DNA from: Polyangiaceae bacterium
GTDB taxonomy: Bacteria; Myxococcota_A; Polyangia; Polyangiales; Polyangiaceae
Assembly: GCA_965222375.1 (NCBI GenBank)
Contig: CBDCTZ010000008.1
Location: 224,001 to 288,000, forward strand
Reading direction: 5' to 3'
Length of the DNA: 64,000 nucleotides
Shown here: positions 38,113-46,754 of the stretch, in pieces
Layout of the letters: each line of letters opens with the position of its first letter
How positions within the stretch are numbered: position 1 is the first letter of the stretch
Position numbers and translations under genes: made by a program
The notes under the pieces: model-generated
Told to the model about the DNA's origin: nothing
The model's database searches: none
Seen by the model: only the letters and a program-made list of their open reading frames with translations

Positions 38113-39723
38113 TCAGTAGGGACCTCGCCGCCAAGACTCACTGCTTTCTCGATCCGGGAGACGCGTACGTGTCCCGCAAACGATGACGCTACGACCCGCC
38201 CAACATTCGGGGTCATCCACGTACCCGAATGCCCCCCCCTGCGTGTGCATCGAACCGGGATCTCCTCCGGATTGCGCCCCGACCGTCGAGCTACTTCGCG
38301 AGGCGTGCCACAGCGCCAGCACGAAGGCCGACACGAGGTCACCGTGGGCTCCGCCGCGGCGGGGCGAGGTTATCTTGAGCCCGCCGCCAGTCGTTGGCTG
38401 GCTTACGACCTCGCCAAGCTGCACCGCAAGGCGCGTCAAAGTGCTCGGAATTCGGATGCGCCCAGCATGCAGCAGCTCACGCGCGACGCCGTACGATCGC
38501 GCCTTGCCCATCTGGCCACCCGGAGCCTGATACAGCTGTAGGTCGTGGGAGGTCGCCGCCTCGCGGACAGCTTCCAAGTAGAAAGCGTCGCTGCTGAATC
38601 CCGAGCCGCCATAGTCCCTCACCATCTGGCAGAAGCCGCCAGTGACCACACTCGGCACCAGAGGTTTGCCCTTGGCCGGCCTGCGCTCGAAGGCGGAACA
38701 GACGACGTACGAGGGCCGATTCTCAGAGCTCGCGGCGACCACAACACCCGCTGCCGCATCCTGACGGGCTGCGAAGTCGTAGCCGGCTCCGACCACCCAA
38801 TGACCAAGGTTCGAGAGCGAGTCGAGGGCGACCGGACACGGCAAATTGTCATCGAGCGCGTCCGAAATCGCGCCCCTGTCGAAGTACGCACCTGCACCAC
38901 CGGTGAACGGCACACAGTCGAACTCGCGCGCAGCGTTCAGCGGATCTCGGACTCGCTCGGCCTCAACAACAGCCCGAATCTTTGGACTATCGGGACGCAT
39001 CAGCTCGGTCGGAGCAACGCACGCCAGTGCTGAACTTGGCGAGCCGAGGTTTTGGCGGACGAGGTCATGCAGCAAACCCGACTCCAACCATGCAGTGCTG
39101 ATAACGCACAGAACTCCGTCGGCGACGATTCGCACGGCGAGCGCACGGAACAGCTCTGAATCGTTGATCTCCCCGCTGTCGCCGTCGCGGAAGAAAGCCG
39201 ACTCGTCCATCAGTCCAGCCAAGAGCGTGCGACCTCGTAGCGCCGACCCGCCGCGCGTTGCCGGCAGGGCAGTCACAACCACGCTGTAGCCGTCAGGTCG
39301 CCTGATCGTGAGCGAGTCAGAGCTGCGCCCGGCAACGAACCGCGCAAGGTCAGGCGACGCCATGGCCGCCCCCGCCGCGTAGCGCAGGCCCTGACGCGCC
39401 AATCGCATGTCCGGAGCTACAATCGGGCAGAACCCAAGTTCGCCCGCAGCAAGGCCCGCACAACTTGCGGTGAAAGCTCGATACAACAGGAACAAAGAGC
39501 AGAGCCAGGTACCACCCGCACGTGCACCCTTTGTCACTGCGAATACTCCACGCGCCTCCAACGGCACCGTGTAGACATCGCCAAACAGCTGCCGGGCGTG
39601 GTCGCGCGCCGCCCCAGTCAGGTCGCATGGCTCGACGGCGTCAAATCCCACGCGAGCGAGAACCCGTTGCGCGGGCGTAAGATCGACACGCAGAACGCAG
39701 TCCGCGAACTCTTCGAAGCGCAT
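38113..39723 (-). CDS. terL: phage terminase large subunit
   Basis: LTPAQ, deviant Walker A KGARAGGT, RGRTLLAGLMDESAF Walker B, VISTA coupling motif, AGYDFA..D and HGDLVSA nuclease motifs. Confidence 0.8.
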   Translation of the reverse strand: MRFEEFADCVLRVDLTPAQRVLARVGFDAVEPCDLTGAARDHARQLFGDVYTVPLEARGVFAVTKGARAGGTWLCSLFLLYRAFTASCAGLAAGELGFCPIVAPDMRLARQGLRYAAGAAMASPDLARFVAGRSSDSLTIRRPDGYSVVVTALPATRGGSALRGRTLLAGLMDESAFFRDGDSGEINDSELFRALAVRIVADGVLCVISTAWLESGLLHDLVRQNLGSPSSALACVAPTELMRPDSPKIRAVVEAERVRDPLNAAREFDCVPFTGGAGAYFDRGAISDALDDNLPCPVALDSLSNLGHWVVGAGYDFAARQDAAAGVVVAASSENRPSYVVCSAFERRPAKGKPLVPSVVTGGFCQMVRDYGGSGFSSDAFYLEAVREAATSHDLQLYQAPGGQMGKARSYGVARELLHAGRIRIPSTLTRLAVQLGEVVSQPTTGGGLKITSPRRGGAHGDLVSAFVLALWHASRSSSTVGAQSGGDPGSMHTQGGAFGYVDDPECWAGRSVIVCGTRTRLPDRESSESWRRGPY

Positions 39724-39848
39724 GGCGTCTGTACTCCTTTCGACAAGTGCGCTTCTGGCAACCGCTCAGACGGCCAATGTCCCTGGCTGTCCGAGCGGCA
39801 GGGCCGCGACTTCGACCCTTCGCGGTGGAGCCTCCGCTGCCAAAAAAC

Positions 39849-40457
39849 TCATCTCCAACGCAGACCGAGCCACTCCTCGCATTGATAGCCAGCGAGTCCT
39901 GCGTCGTGAACCGCTCTGCGGAACGTCGCGGCAAACTCGCGGTACCGGGGTTGGACTCGGCCGGGGCTGCAATCGCGTAGGCCGTGCTGCTTGCAGAACT
40001 GCTCCAAGCGCGCCGCCGCGCTTGACCGCCGGGCAACGCAGCTCAGCTCTTCACGCACTGCATCAAGTAGCGCCATTGCCCGCGTTCCGAAACTCTCCAG
40101 GCTCAGCTCTGGCTCCCCCCAGGCCACCGCCGCATCCTCGTCGGCTGCGTCTAGTTGGGCGCGAAAGCCCACGTCTTCCCATCGACGCTCGGAACGCGCG
40201 AGTGCCTCACTCGCCAACCGATGTTGCGTACGTGCAACGTCAATCTGCGCCTTCGCGGCTGCCACGCCGCTTGCATCCAACCGACCGAGAGCCGCCTCGG
40301 TTGTTGCGTGTTCGGCTGCGGCCACCGCCTGGGTAGTCTCCGCTGCCAACTCGTCAACGCGCTCGCGCTCGCTCTCGATGCGCTCACGGAAGGCGCGGCT
40401 TGCGCGCCCAAGCTCTTCGTCGGCCGCGTCCGCCGAGGACGAAGTTGCCGCACTCAC
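39849..40457 (-). CDS. hypothetical coiled-coil protein
   Basis: Ala/Glu-rich helical ORF coupled to 40454-40792. Confidence 0.55.
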   Translation of the reverse strand: MSAATSSSADAADEELGRASRAFRERIESERERVDELAAETTQAVAAAEHATTEAALGRLDASGVAAAKAQIDVARTQHRLASEALARSERRWEDVGFRAQLDAADEDAAVAWGEPELSLESFGTRAMALLDAVREELSCVARRSSAAARLEQFCKQHGLRDCSPGRVQPRYREFAATFRRAVHDAGLAGYQCEEWLGLRWR

Positions 40458-40792
40458 AGTCTGCCTCCATCGATTACTCGGCGCTGCGAACGAAGCCGGC
40501 GCGCGTGCCTAATTTGCGCGTCCAGCGGCATGCTTGCGAAACTCGCGTCTCGAGCGCACATGAAGTTGATCAGCTTCTCCGTAACGTTTCGCCCGGCCGT
40601 CGTCGAAAGGTCCACCGGTTCGTTGGTGTCCCGTTCATTCTCTTCCAAACGGGTGACAAATATTGCGAGCGCTCGCGCCACCGGCAGGCTTCGATCCTGG
40701 GCGCTGAGCGTCTGGTAGACGTCCGCCAGAGAGTGGTTGTGAAGCTGTTCGGCGAGCGCCCCAAGGTCTATCCTGTTTAGAGTTCGTCGCAT
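40454..40792 (-). CDS. hypothetical protein
   Basis: Overlapping chain of minus-strand ORFs in the element. Confidence 0.55.
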   Translation of the reverse strand: MRRTLNRIDLGALAEQLHNHSLADVYQTLSAQDRSLPVARALAIFVTRLEENERDTNEPVDLSTTAGRNVTEKLINFMCARDASFASMPLDAQIRHARRLRSQRRVIDGGRL

Positions 40793-41493
40793 GATTTGGT
40801 TCTTCCCTTGTGATTCGGGGCGCCTCCCGAGGTTGTTTCTGTATCGTTGTCGCTAGAGGCCGCTGATGGACGCGCTGAGAGCGTTTGGGCACCGTCGGTG
40901 CTCGGGTGCGCCGTCAGGGCGGAAGGCTCGCCAGCGGGCCCATCAGAGCCCCCGATGGACCACCAAGCCGGAGCCGGAGCGCTCTTCACACGTGCCTCGG
41001 CCTCGCGTGCGCAGAGTTCGTGAGCCGCAAGCAGGTTCTGGCGGCTGTCATTCGCAAGCCTGCTGCCAAGCTGCACTTCGCCCAGAACCTCAAAGGCAAA
41101 TCGGCTCGCAGCCAGCTGAAGTGCGGCAGACGCGATGATGCTCGATGGTGCCGGTCCACACTCGCCGCCCCCGACGCACTGAGCCAACCGCCGGACATGC
41201 AAGCGCCGGAAGGCCTTCGCAGCACCCGCGTATCGCTCAAACCGCGGATCCGCGAAGGTGTCTCCCAGCGCAACCCGCCGAGCCAGGCGCGACTTCCCCG
41301 CTCTCGCCTTCCCACCCAGGGCCGACAGCGCCCGGTGGCTTTCCGCATCCGCGGGGCGCCCATTGGCATCGCGGCGAATCTCCGGTTCGCGTGGCCGGTT
41401 CAGCGCCGCCACGCCGGCCGGCAGTTCATCCGCCGACAGCACCTCCACTCGGGGCACACCGGCGCCGTTTCCATGGCCACTGCGCAGGCTCAC
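40777..41493 (-). CDS. hypothetical protein, candidate small terminase
   Basis: RRDANGR..ALGGKAR basic N-terminal motif, helical core, upstream of terL; function is inference; GTG start chosen. Confidence 0.4.
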   Translation of the reverse strand: MSLRSGHGNGAGVPRVEVLSADELPAGVAALNRPREPEIRRDANGRPADAESHRALSALGGKARAGKSRLARRVALGDTFADPRFERYAGAAKAFRRLHVRRLAQCVGGGECGPAPSSIIASAALQLAASRFAFEVLGEVQLGSRLANDSRQNLLAAHELCAREAEARVKSAPAPAWWSIGGSDGPAGEPSALTAHPSTDGAQTLSARPSAASSDNDTETTSGGAPNHKGRTKSCDEL

Positions 41494-41779
41494 TGGGAGC
41501 CTCCGCAAGTGCGCGAAACCATTGGGGCCACATCGCTTTGTCCAAACACTCGTGTCCGAACGCAGCCGGAAACGCCTGCAAAGGAGCTACACGGAGCTCC
41601 TGAACGCCGGCTGAGCGAGCCGACGTGCGAAGGCTCATGGGGCAACAACTTCGCGCCCAGCGCCACGGCATGCGCGGCGCCGTGATCCGCTACGCTGCCG
41701 CAGCCGCCGAACTTCCGGGTTCGCGCCTGCGTATGTCGCCGGGGGGGGCAAGGTCGACTCCCGACTTTCGGCTCAGTGC

Positions 41780-41880
41780 TGACGCCACTGACAGACCTGA
41801 CACGCTCTCCAAAGTCACGGGGAGCGCGCGCGCGCGCGAATGCTTCTTTGTGAAGACCGTCAACCGCGTCAGGCTCGTCA
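41780..41880. other. candidate replication origin: symmetric iteron arrays
   Basis: TGAC at 41780/41789/41798 mirrored by GTCA at 41859/41868/41877 around an alternating GC run (41824-41838), right after the helicase gene. Confidence 0.6.
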
Positions 41881-43242
41881 ATCTTCATGGTCGATCCCCG
41901 TTGAAAGCTCGACGGCGTACCGCCGGGCGCGGCCATCAGATCTCGATGGCAGCCCAAGCAGCCGCATGCGTTCACCAAAAGTGTTACTGGCGACGGGTCG
42001 GTGGCCATTCTCGCCCGCCCACGTGCGATACGCCCGGTAGAGCTTGTCGGCAGCCATGCCCTCGATTACCGGTGCATTGAGGGCAAGCTTCCTCGTCGAC
42101 GCCTCCACGAACGCGCGAACCTGATCGGCGCGAGCTCTCCAGCGATCCTTTGCTCGGACCGAGCTATCAGGCACCGTGAACATGCCGTTTGCCAGGACGC
42201 GCTGCGCGCCACGGAGCATCCAGCTGACCACTGCGGCCCCGTCACGACGCAGGATCTCGTCAGCCAAGTTCACATTCTGTTCGGTCTCATCGAAGATGCG
42301 GTTGAACTGCAAGACCATGAGCCGACGCCAGAAGCCGTGCGTCTGGTCCGTGGTCCCGGGCAATCGGTTCGCGCTGTAGATGTGACCTGCGACCGGCTTG
42401 AAGCCGAAAGGGCTCTGACGAATTGCACGCGCCGTCGTCGTGTCGCCTGCCACTACCGACTTCCAGGACTCGGAATCCAAGATGTCTGCTTCAGGAAGTT
42501 CGGAAACCACATTCAGCAGCTTCCCGGCGAGAGCCGCCCGCCGATACTCTTGGCCGATGTCCTGTGGCGCGATGCTACAGACACTGTTCGGCGGCATGCT
42601 TCGTTCGGCAACAGCAGCCAGCACACCCTTCCCGTTCGCGCCGTCGCCCACGAGCACGAGTGCACGCTGAAAGCGAGTAGCCAGGCCGAGCAGAGAAATG
42701 CCGAGGTACTCCTGCACCAGCTGTACTTTCTGTTGGAGATCGGAGTCGCCTCGAAATACAGAACGAAAGAACTGCAGCAGCGCCACCGGCTCCGAATCGA
42801 AGGTGTAGCCAAACCTGTACGCGAACCGTGCCCGGTGCTCAGGACAGTGCTCATGCTGAATGATCCGGTCGCCCGTCACCTCAACGAATGAAGACGCGAA
42901 CGCAACGCCTCGCCGAGCCTCGTCGAAGAAACGCGGATCCGCGAGCTGGTCGGCCGCTAGTTTGAGCGTACCGCCTACGTCGGAGGCCTTTAGGCGCAGA
43001 GGCTTCTTTTCCCCGGTAACCTTGGTGCCAGCAAAGCCCTGCACGATTCGGCTGAGTCTGGTGGGCTCCACCCGGTCGAAGACGCCGCGACTCGCAACGT
43101 ACTGGTAGACGAACCCCTCAGCGAACGTTGTGCACGCTTCAGCCGTGAGCTTCCCAACGAGACGGTCCGCACACTCAACGTGGTCTCCGCGCGCAAACGG
43201 TGTACGGTCGAGCGGGGTCACCTTTGGGGCCAGCACGGTCAC
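41878..43242 (-). CDS. P4/D5-family SF3 helicase without primase domain
   Basis: D5_N-like region, GDGANGKG Walker A, LAGKLLNVVSE, HIYSANRLP, GFWRRL, C-terminal wHTH. Confidence 0.9.
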   Translation of the reverse strand: MTVLAPKVTPLDRTPFARGDHVECADRLVGKLTAEACTTFAEGFVYQYVASRGVFDRVEPTRLSRIVQGFAGTKVTGEKKPLRLKASDVGGTLKLAADQLADPRFFDEARRGVAFASSFVEVTGDRIIQHEHCPEHRARFAYRFGYTFDSEPVALLQFFRSVFRGDSDLQQKVQLVQEYLGISLLGLATRFQRALVLVGDGANGKGVLAAVAERSMPPNSVCSIAPQDIGQEYRRAALAGKLLNVVSELPEADILDSESWKSVVAGDTTTARAIRQSPFGFKPVAGHIYSANRLPGTTDQTHGFWRRLMVLQFNRIFDETEQNVNLADEILRRDGAAVVSWMLRGAQRVLANGMFTVPDSSVRAKDRWRARADQVRAFVEASTRKLALNAPVIEGMAADKLYRAYRTWAGENGHRPVASNTFGERMRLLGLPSRSDGRARRYAVELSTGIDHED

Positions 43243-43745
43243 TTCGCTCTCCGGAGCTGTTCCACGGCGCTCGCAGCGTCGATGGCTCCAACGCGGAGCG
43301 CAGCCGCCACCGACTGGCTCAGATTGATCAGTCGCCTCCGACTCGCGAGCTCCTGCAGGCTAGCGACCAGCTCCTCCAGACCACGGCGCGACCTGATTGC
43401 CGGTGCCACGTCCAATTCATCCTGGACACGTCGCGCGCACCACGCGCGATCAAGCCGAACGCAGACAGCGGCAACTCGGTCCGAGCCAGCAGGACTGTCG
43501 CAGTCCTGAACCCCGAGCAACACTTCCCGCGCGAGAGGATCCAGCAGCCACGCAAGCTCCACCTGGTCTGGGGCAAGCGCACCCGCGAAGATTGCATCCA
43601 GAGCAGACCATTCACCAATGCGATCACAAGGCAGCGGCGGCGGTCCAAGCGTATCCGTCAGTCGCAGATCTCGGCGCATGCGCCGCAGCTGCTGCTCTAT
43701 CGCCGCAAGGGAGTCGACCGAGCCGGGTGCCGCACGCATGCTCAT
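43239..43745 (-). CDS. stand-alone DnaB N-terminal-domain-like protein
   Basis: PPLPCDRIGEWSALDAIF..LLDPLAREVL..LQELASRRRLI parallels the DnaB-NTD pattern. Confidence 0.5.
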   Translation of the reverse strand: MSMRAAPGSVDSLAAIEQQLRRMRRDLRLTDTLGPPPLPCDRIGEWSALDAIFAGALAPDQVELAWLLDPLAREVLLGVQDCDSPAGSDRVAAVCVRLDRAWCARRVQDELDVAPAIRSRRGLEELVASLQELASRRRLINLSQSVAAALRVGAIDAASAVEQLRRAK

Positions 43746-44068
43746 CTTTCGGCACCCTCAACGACGCGCAGCCCACCGCGTTTCTGCTGCCGGCGTATCC
43801 AATCGATTACTGCTTCGAGCTCGAACCTGGCGGAGTCCCCAAGCCTCAGCTCAGGAAAGCTTGCCCGCTTGCGCAGACGGTCGAGCGAGCCCAGGCTGAC
43901 CCCGAGGGCGCGCGCGAGTGCGGCCCGGTCCAACAGTGCTGGCACCTGCTCCTCCTCCGGGACAAGTAGCACGCGTAGCCGGGCCGCCAACTCGGGGTCC
44001 GATTCCAGCACCGCGACAGCCTCAGCAAGAACCAACGATGCCACCGAAACTCGGCGAGGCGTGTTCAC
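43742..44068 (-). CDS. AlpA/excisionase-like HTH protein
   Basis: LLDRAALARALGVSLGSLDRLRKRASFPELRLGDSARFELEAVIDWI. Confidence 0.8.
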   Translation of the reverse strand: MNTPRRVSVASLVLAEAVAVLESDPELAARLRVLLVPEEEQVPALLDRAALARALGVSLGSLDRLRKRASFPELRLGDSARFELEAVIDWIRRQQKRGGLRVVEGAER

Positions 44069-44283
44069 CGACGCCCCACAACCCGCGCCATCAGTTGCGG
44101 CGGGCGGTGAATTCCGAGTCTCGCGGCGGCGGAATCCACGACAGCGTACGTCGCCAACGCGACAATGCGTACTTGTCCTGCGTAGCAACGCCGGATCGTC
44201 GCAATCCCGTGACCGGTCTCAATAACGAGGTGTGCTACCTGGAGATCCGTGAGTTTCGGAACGGTAACGTCGGTGTCCTGCAT
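44065..44283 (-). CDS. small HTH-like protein
   Basis: VAHLVIETGHGIATIRRCYAG; GTGA coupling to next gene. Confidence 0.45.
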   Translation of the reverse strand: MQDTDVTVPKLTDLQVAHLVIETGHGIATIRRCYAGQVRIVALATYAVVDSAAARLGIHRPPQLMARVVGRR

Positions 44284-44347
44284 CGCCCGGAAATGAGTTC
44301 CAGGTTTCGGTCCGCCTGTGAACGGCCGCACTGACCGGCCCCCTTGG

Positions 44348-45139
44348 CTACCGTGATTTTTTGATGTTTCTAGCGATGCGATCGCGAGCCTCGGCCTCGC
44401 TTTCCAGCGGCTGCTGAGACTCAATGCCAGCCGCGAGCAAGAGGTCCGCCGCCACGGTCGCGGGTGCCCACTCTTTCAGCGCCGCAACTGCGCGCTCAAT
44501 CGGCACGTTCTCGAAGCGCTCGTCATGGGTCGCCAGAGCCACTGCCCTCAGCGTTGCTTTGGCAGCGGCTGACGCATCGCCGGAGTCCTCCGCTAAGGGG
44601 AATCGCGCTATGATGCCCAGCATCTTTCGATTCCGCGACTGTTTGCCGGGTCCCCGATCCGTACCGCACGCCGCGACTCCAAGTCTTTTCAATCGCTCCC
44701 AGTGCTCAGCTCCGACGTCCGGAGAGAGCGCCCGGGCAACGAACGTGATCACTTCCAGTGCTGCGCGGTCGTGTGCGCGCAGATCCCCAAGCTCCGACGG
44801 AAGCAGGTCGAGTCCTGCCTGGATGAATCGCGCCTGAAGTTCAGGGACCGGCGCCACCGTCTTTTCAGCGCGTCTGGCCCCCAGGGCTCGCGCAAAGGCG
44901 ACGATGGCCGCTGCGCCTTCGTCGCTCAACGCCAGCGCTGCAAGCACCTTCCGCTCGATGGTGCGTACGCGCTCTCTATGCAGATCGGCCTCGGCTTGCA
45001 GCTCGCCTATCCTCTCGCCGACGCTAACCGGTGTTTCGGGCACGCGTCGCTTCGACAGGCTAGCCGCATGCGTTGAATCTGACGCCCGCGAACTTCGCCT
45101 CCGCGACTTTCTCGTGCCGTGTGCTTTTCCTTTCGACAT
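44348..45139 (-). CDS. hypothetical protein
   Basis: Long ORF starting MSKGKAHG, basic N-terminus, helical. Confidence 0.55.
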   Translation of the reverse strand: MSKGKAHGTRKSRRRSSRASDSTHAASLSKRRVPETPVSVGERIGELQAEADLHRERVRTIERKVLAALALSDEGAAAIVAFARALGARRAEKTVAPVPELQARFIQAGLDLLPSELGDLRAHDRAALEVITFVARALSPDVGAEHWERLKRLGVAACGTDRGPGKQSRNRKMLGIIARFPLAEDSGDASAAAKATLRAVALATHDERFENVPIERAVAALKEWAPATVAADLLLAAGIESQQPLESEAEARDRIARNIKKSR

Positions 45140-45197
45140 TGAACCCACTTCGTCACCCTCGGCCCTGCTGGCGGCGAGGCCTCTCTCTATGGTTGTA

Positions 45198-45455
45198 TCA
45201 CCCTGCCTTGGACTGCCCGCCTTTGCCCGCGCTCTCAAGCAGACGCTCAAGCTTCAACGCTAGCTCACGCGCTCGGCGCGGGTCATCTGGCAGTGCAGCT
45301 CGGATTTGGCGAACCCAGCTCAAGATCAAGTCCGTTTGCAGCGAGGCCAGCGTTTGGACACTCGCTTCGGACACTACTGACACATCCTCGGGAGATCCTG
45401 AGCGATCAGGCTCGACCCCATGTGCTGCATTCGACGTATTTTCCGCTAGTTCCGT
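45198..45455 (-). other. alternative 3' end of integrase (85 codons plus stop), joined in the excised circle
   Basis: In frame with the att-encoded KNQSGWRDLNSQRPAPKA shared with the integrase end. Confidence 0.75.
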
Positions 45456-45456
45456 A

Positions 45457-45509
45457 GCTTTGGGTGCCGGACGTTGAGAGTTCAAATCTCTCCACCCCGA
45501 CTGGTTTTT
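45457..45509 (+). repeat. attR core
   Basis: 53-bp perfect copy of 31562-31614. Confidence 0.95.
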
Positions 45510-45636
45510 GCGATTCCGCGCGGCAGCACGATCTGCCAAAAAGCACCCTTGCACGGAGCTGGCGCACTTCCGTTGGTTTGTGCGATTCCGCGCGGCAGCA
45601 CGATCTGCACCCCTGCACGGAGCTGGCGCACTTCCG
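45502..45636. repeat. two imperfect direct repeats (~65-70 bp) after attR
   Basis: TGCGATTCCGCGCGGCAGCACGATCTGC..TGCACGGAGCTGGCGCACTTCCG twice. Confidence 0.85.
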
Positions 45637-45649
45637 CTTTCGGAGCCGC

Positions 45650-46363
45650 TCAACTCGTCGGGCGTTTCACGTAGACGGTGGCGACGTGCTCGGGGCCAAA
45701 TTCGAGTTGCGTCGTACCGGCCGGCAAGTGGGTTTCCTCTAGCGGTGTTTCGACGTCCGCAACGTAGCGAGGGCCATCGGGGGATTCGATGCGCTGGCAA
45801 ATGCGCACCTTGAAGCTGGCGTTCTTACCCTCGTCCTTCGGGCCGTATACGTAGAGATTGACCGCCTGTCCCTCGCTGAGGCTTTCGCGTTCGCTCCGCT
45901 CGGGGATCTGAAACCGCGGATAGTAGTGGTCCGCCAGATGTTCGGCGTTCTGGATCCGCATGCCGGGCCGAGCGATGTCGCCGGGCGCAATCCCCTCGAA
46001 AGTCTCCGGGCTCCACTCTCGAGGCGTCACGCCGTAGTGATTCGCGCCATCAGGATTGGCCCCAGCTGCCAGCAGCGCCTGGATGATCGCTTCGTTCCGC
46101 TCCTGCGCGGCCATGTACAGCGGCGTCTCGCCGGTGCGGTGGTAGCGCAGCTCGGTATTCGCCCCCGCCTCGAGCAATCGCTGAACACCTTCCAGCCACC
46201 CCGACATGACCGCGAGACTCAGCGCCGTCATGCCCCACTCGTCCTGCATGTCGAGCAAGCCCGACGCCAGCCCCCGCTCGAGAACCTCCAAGTCCAACGC
46301 CGGCGAAAAGCCCCCAGCGTTGGAAAACCACTCACGATGCTCCATCAACTCGCCCCCATACAT
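45650..46363 (-). CDS. ankyrin repeat protein
   Basis: GMTALSLA..LLEAGAN, GETPLYMA..LLAAGANPD, YGVTP. Confidence 0.85.
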   Translation of the reverse strand: MYGGELMEHREWFSNAGGFSPALDLEVLERGLASGLLDMQDEWGMTALSLAVMSGWLEGVQRLLEAGANTELRYHRTGETPLYMAAQERNEAIIQALLAAGANPDGANHYGVTPREWSPETFEGIAPGDIARPGMRIQNAEHLADHYYPRFQIPERSERESLSEGQAVNLYVYGPKDEGKNASFKVRICQRIESPDGPRYVADVETPLEETHLPAGTTQLEFGPEHVATVYVKRPTS

Positions 46364-46754
46364 GCCTCCCCCACTCGAAGGCTTCAAGTCGTCGTCGGTT
46401 CCGCCGCTACCAGGTCTCAGGGAGCGTTCTTTTTTGGGGGGATGTGCCGGACATCGGCGTCATCGACGGTTCGTCGCGGTGCGCGCGGGTGCGCCGGTCG
46501 CGGTTCGGACCATGCTCCGCAGGATCTGTCCCCGAGTCCGGCACCGGGGGCGGCGGTTCGAATTGCCCGCGACGCTCATGCTCGGCGGGCAATCCTGGAA
46601 CGTTCAGGTGCTACGGGCATTCGAGAGCTACAATCCGGACAGCCCGATTGCCTTCAGTTGGTACGCCGAGTCGATCGAATAGACCGCGAGGCTCGAGCGC
46701 GGTCGATCTAATGCGGCAGCCGCGCGCCTCGCGGGTCGCCGCGCGCCGAGGATG

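Larger units (their letters stand above)
31562..45509. mobile_element. tRNA-Pro-integrated phage-satellite-like element (~13.9 kb)
   Basis: Identical 53-bp direct repeats at both ends; integrase, HTHs, SF3 helicase, large terminase, defence-type cargo. Confidence 0.92.

Noticed and set aside
38113..39723. terL as an inactivated pseudogene
   Set aside because: The missing GKT lysine fits the known deviant Walker A; other motifs are intact and the frame is open
41490..42008. 172-aa ORF after the helicase
   Set aside because: Overlaps the helicase and candidate origin with no recognisable motif; a shorter ORF from MKIDE cannot be excluded
45457..45500. Second tRNA-Pro
   Set aside because: Only the 3' part is present; 5' acceptor strand and D arm are missing, so it is attR
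31562..45509. Complete prophage or ICE
   Set aside because: No recognisable capsid, portal, tail, lysis, relaxase or T4SS genes
45198..45800. 200-aa stand-alone ORF in the track
   Set aside because: Its 5' part crosses repeats and the ankyrin gene; only the part beyond the att core makes sense, as the alternative integrase tail
46206..46682. Plus-strand ORF between ankyrin and ATPase genes
   Set aside because: No recognisable motif or clear start; may be a gene remnant
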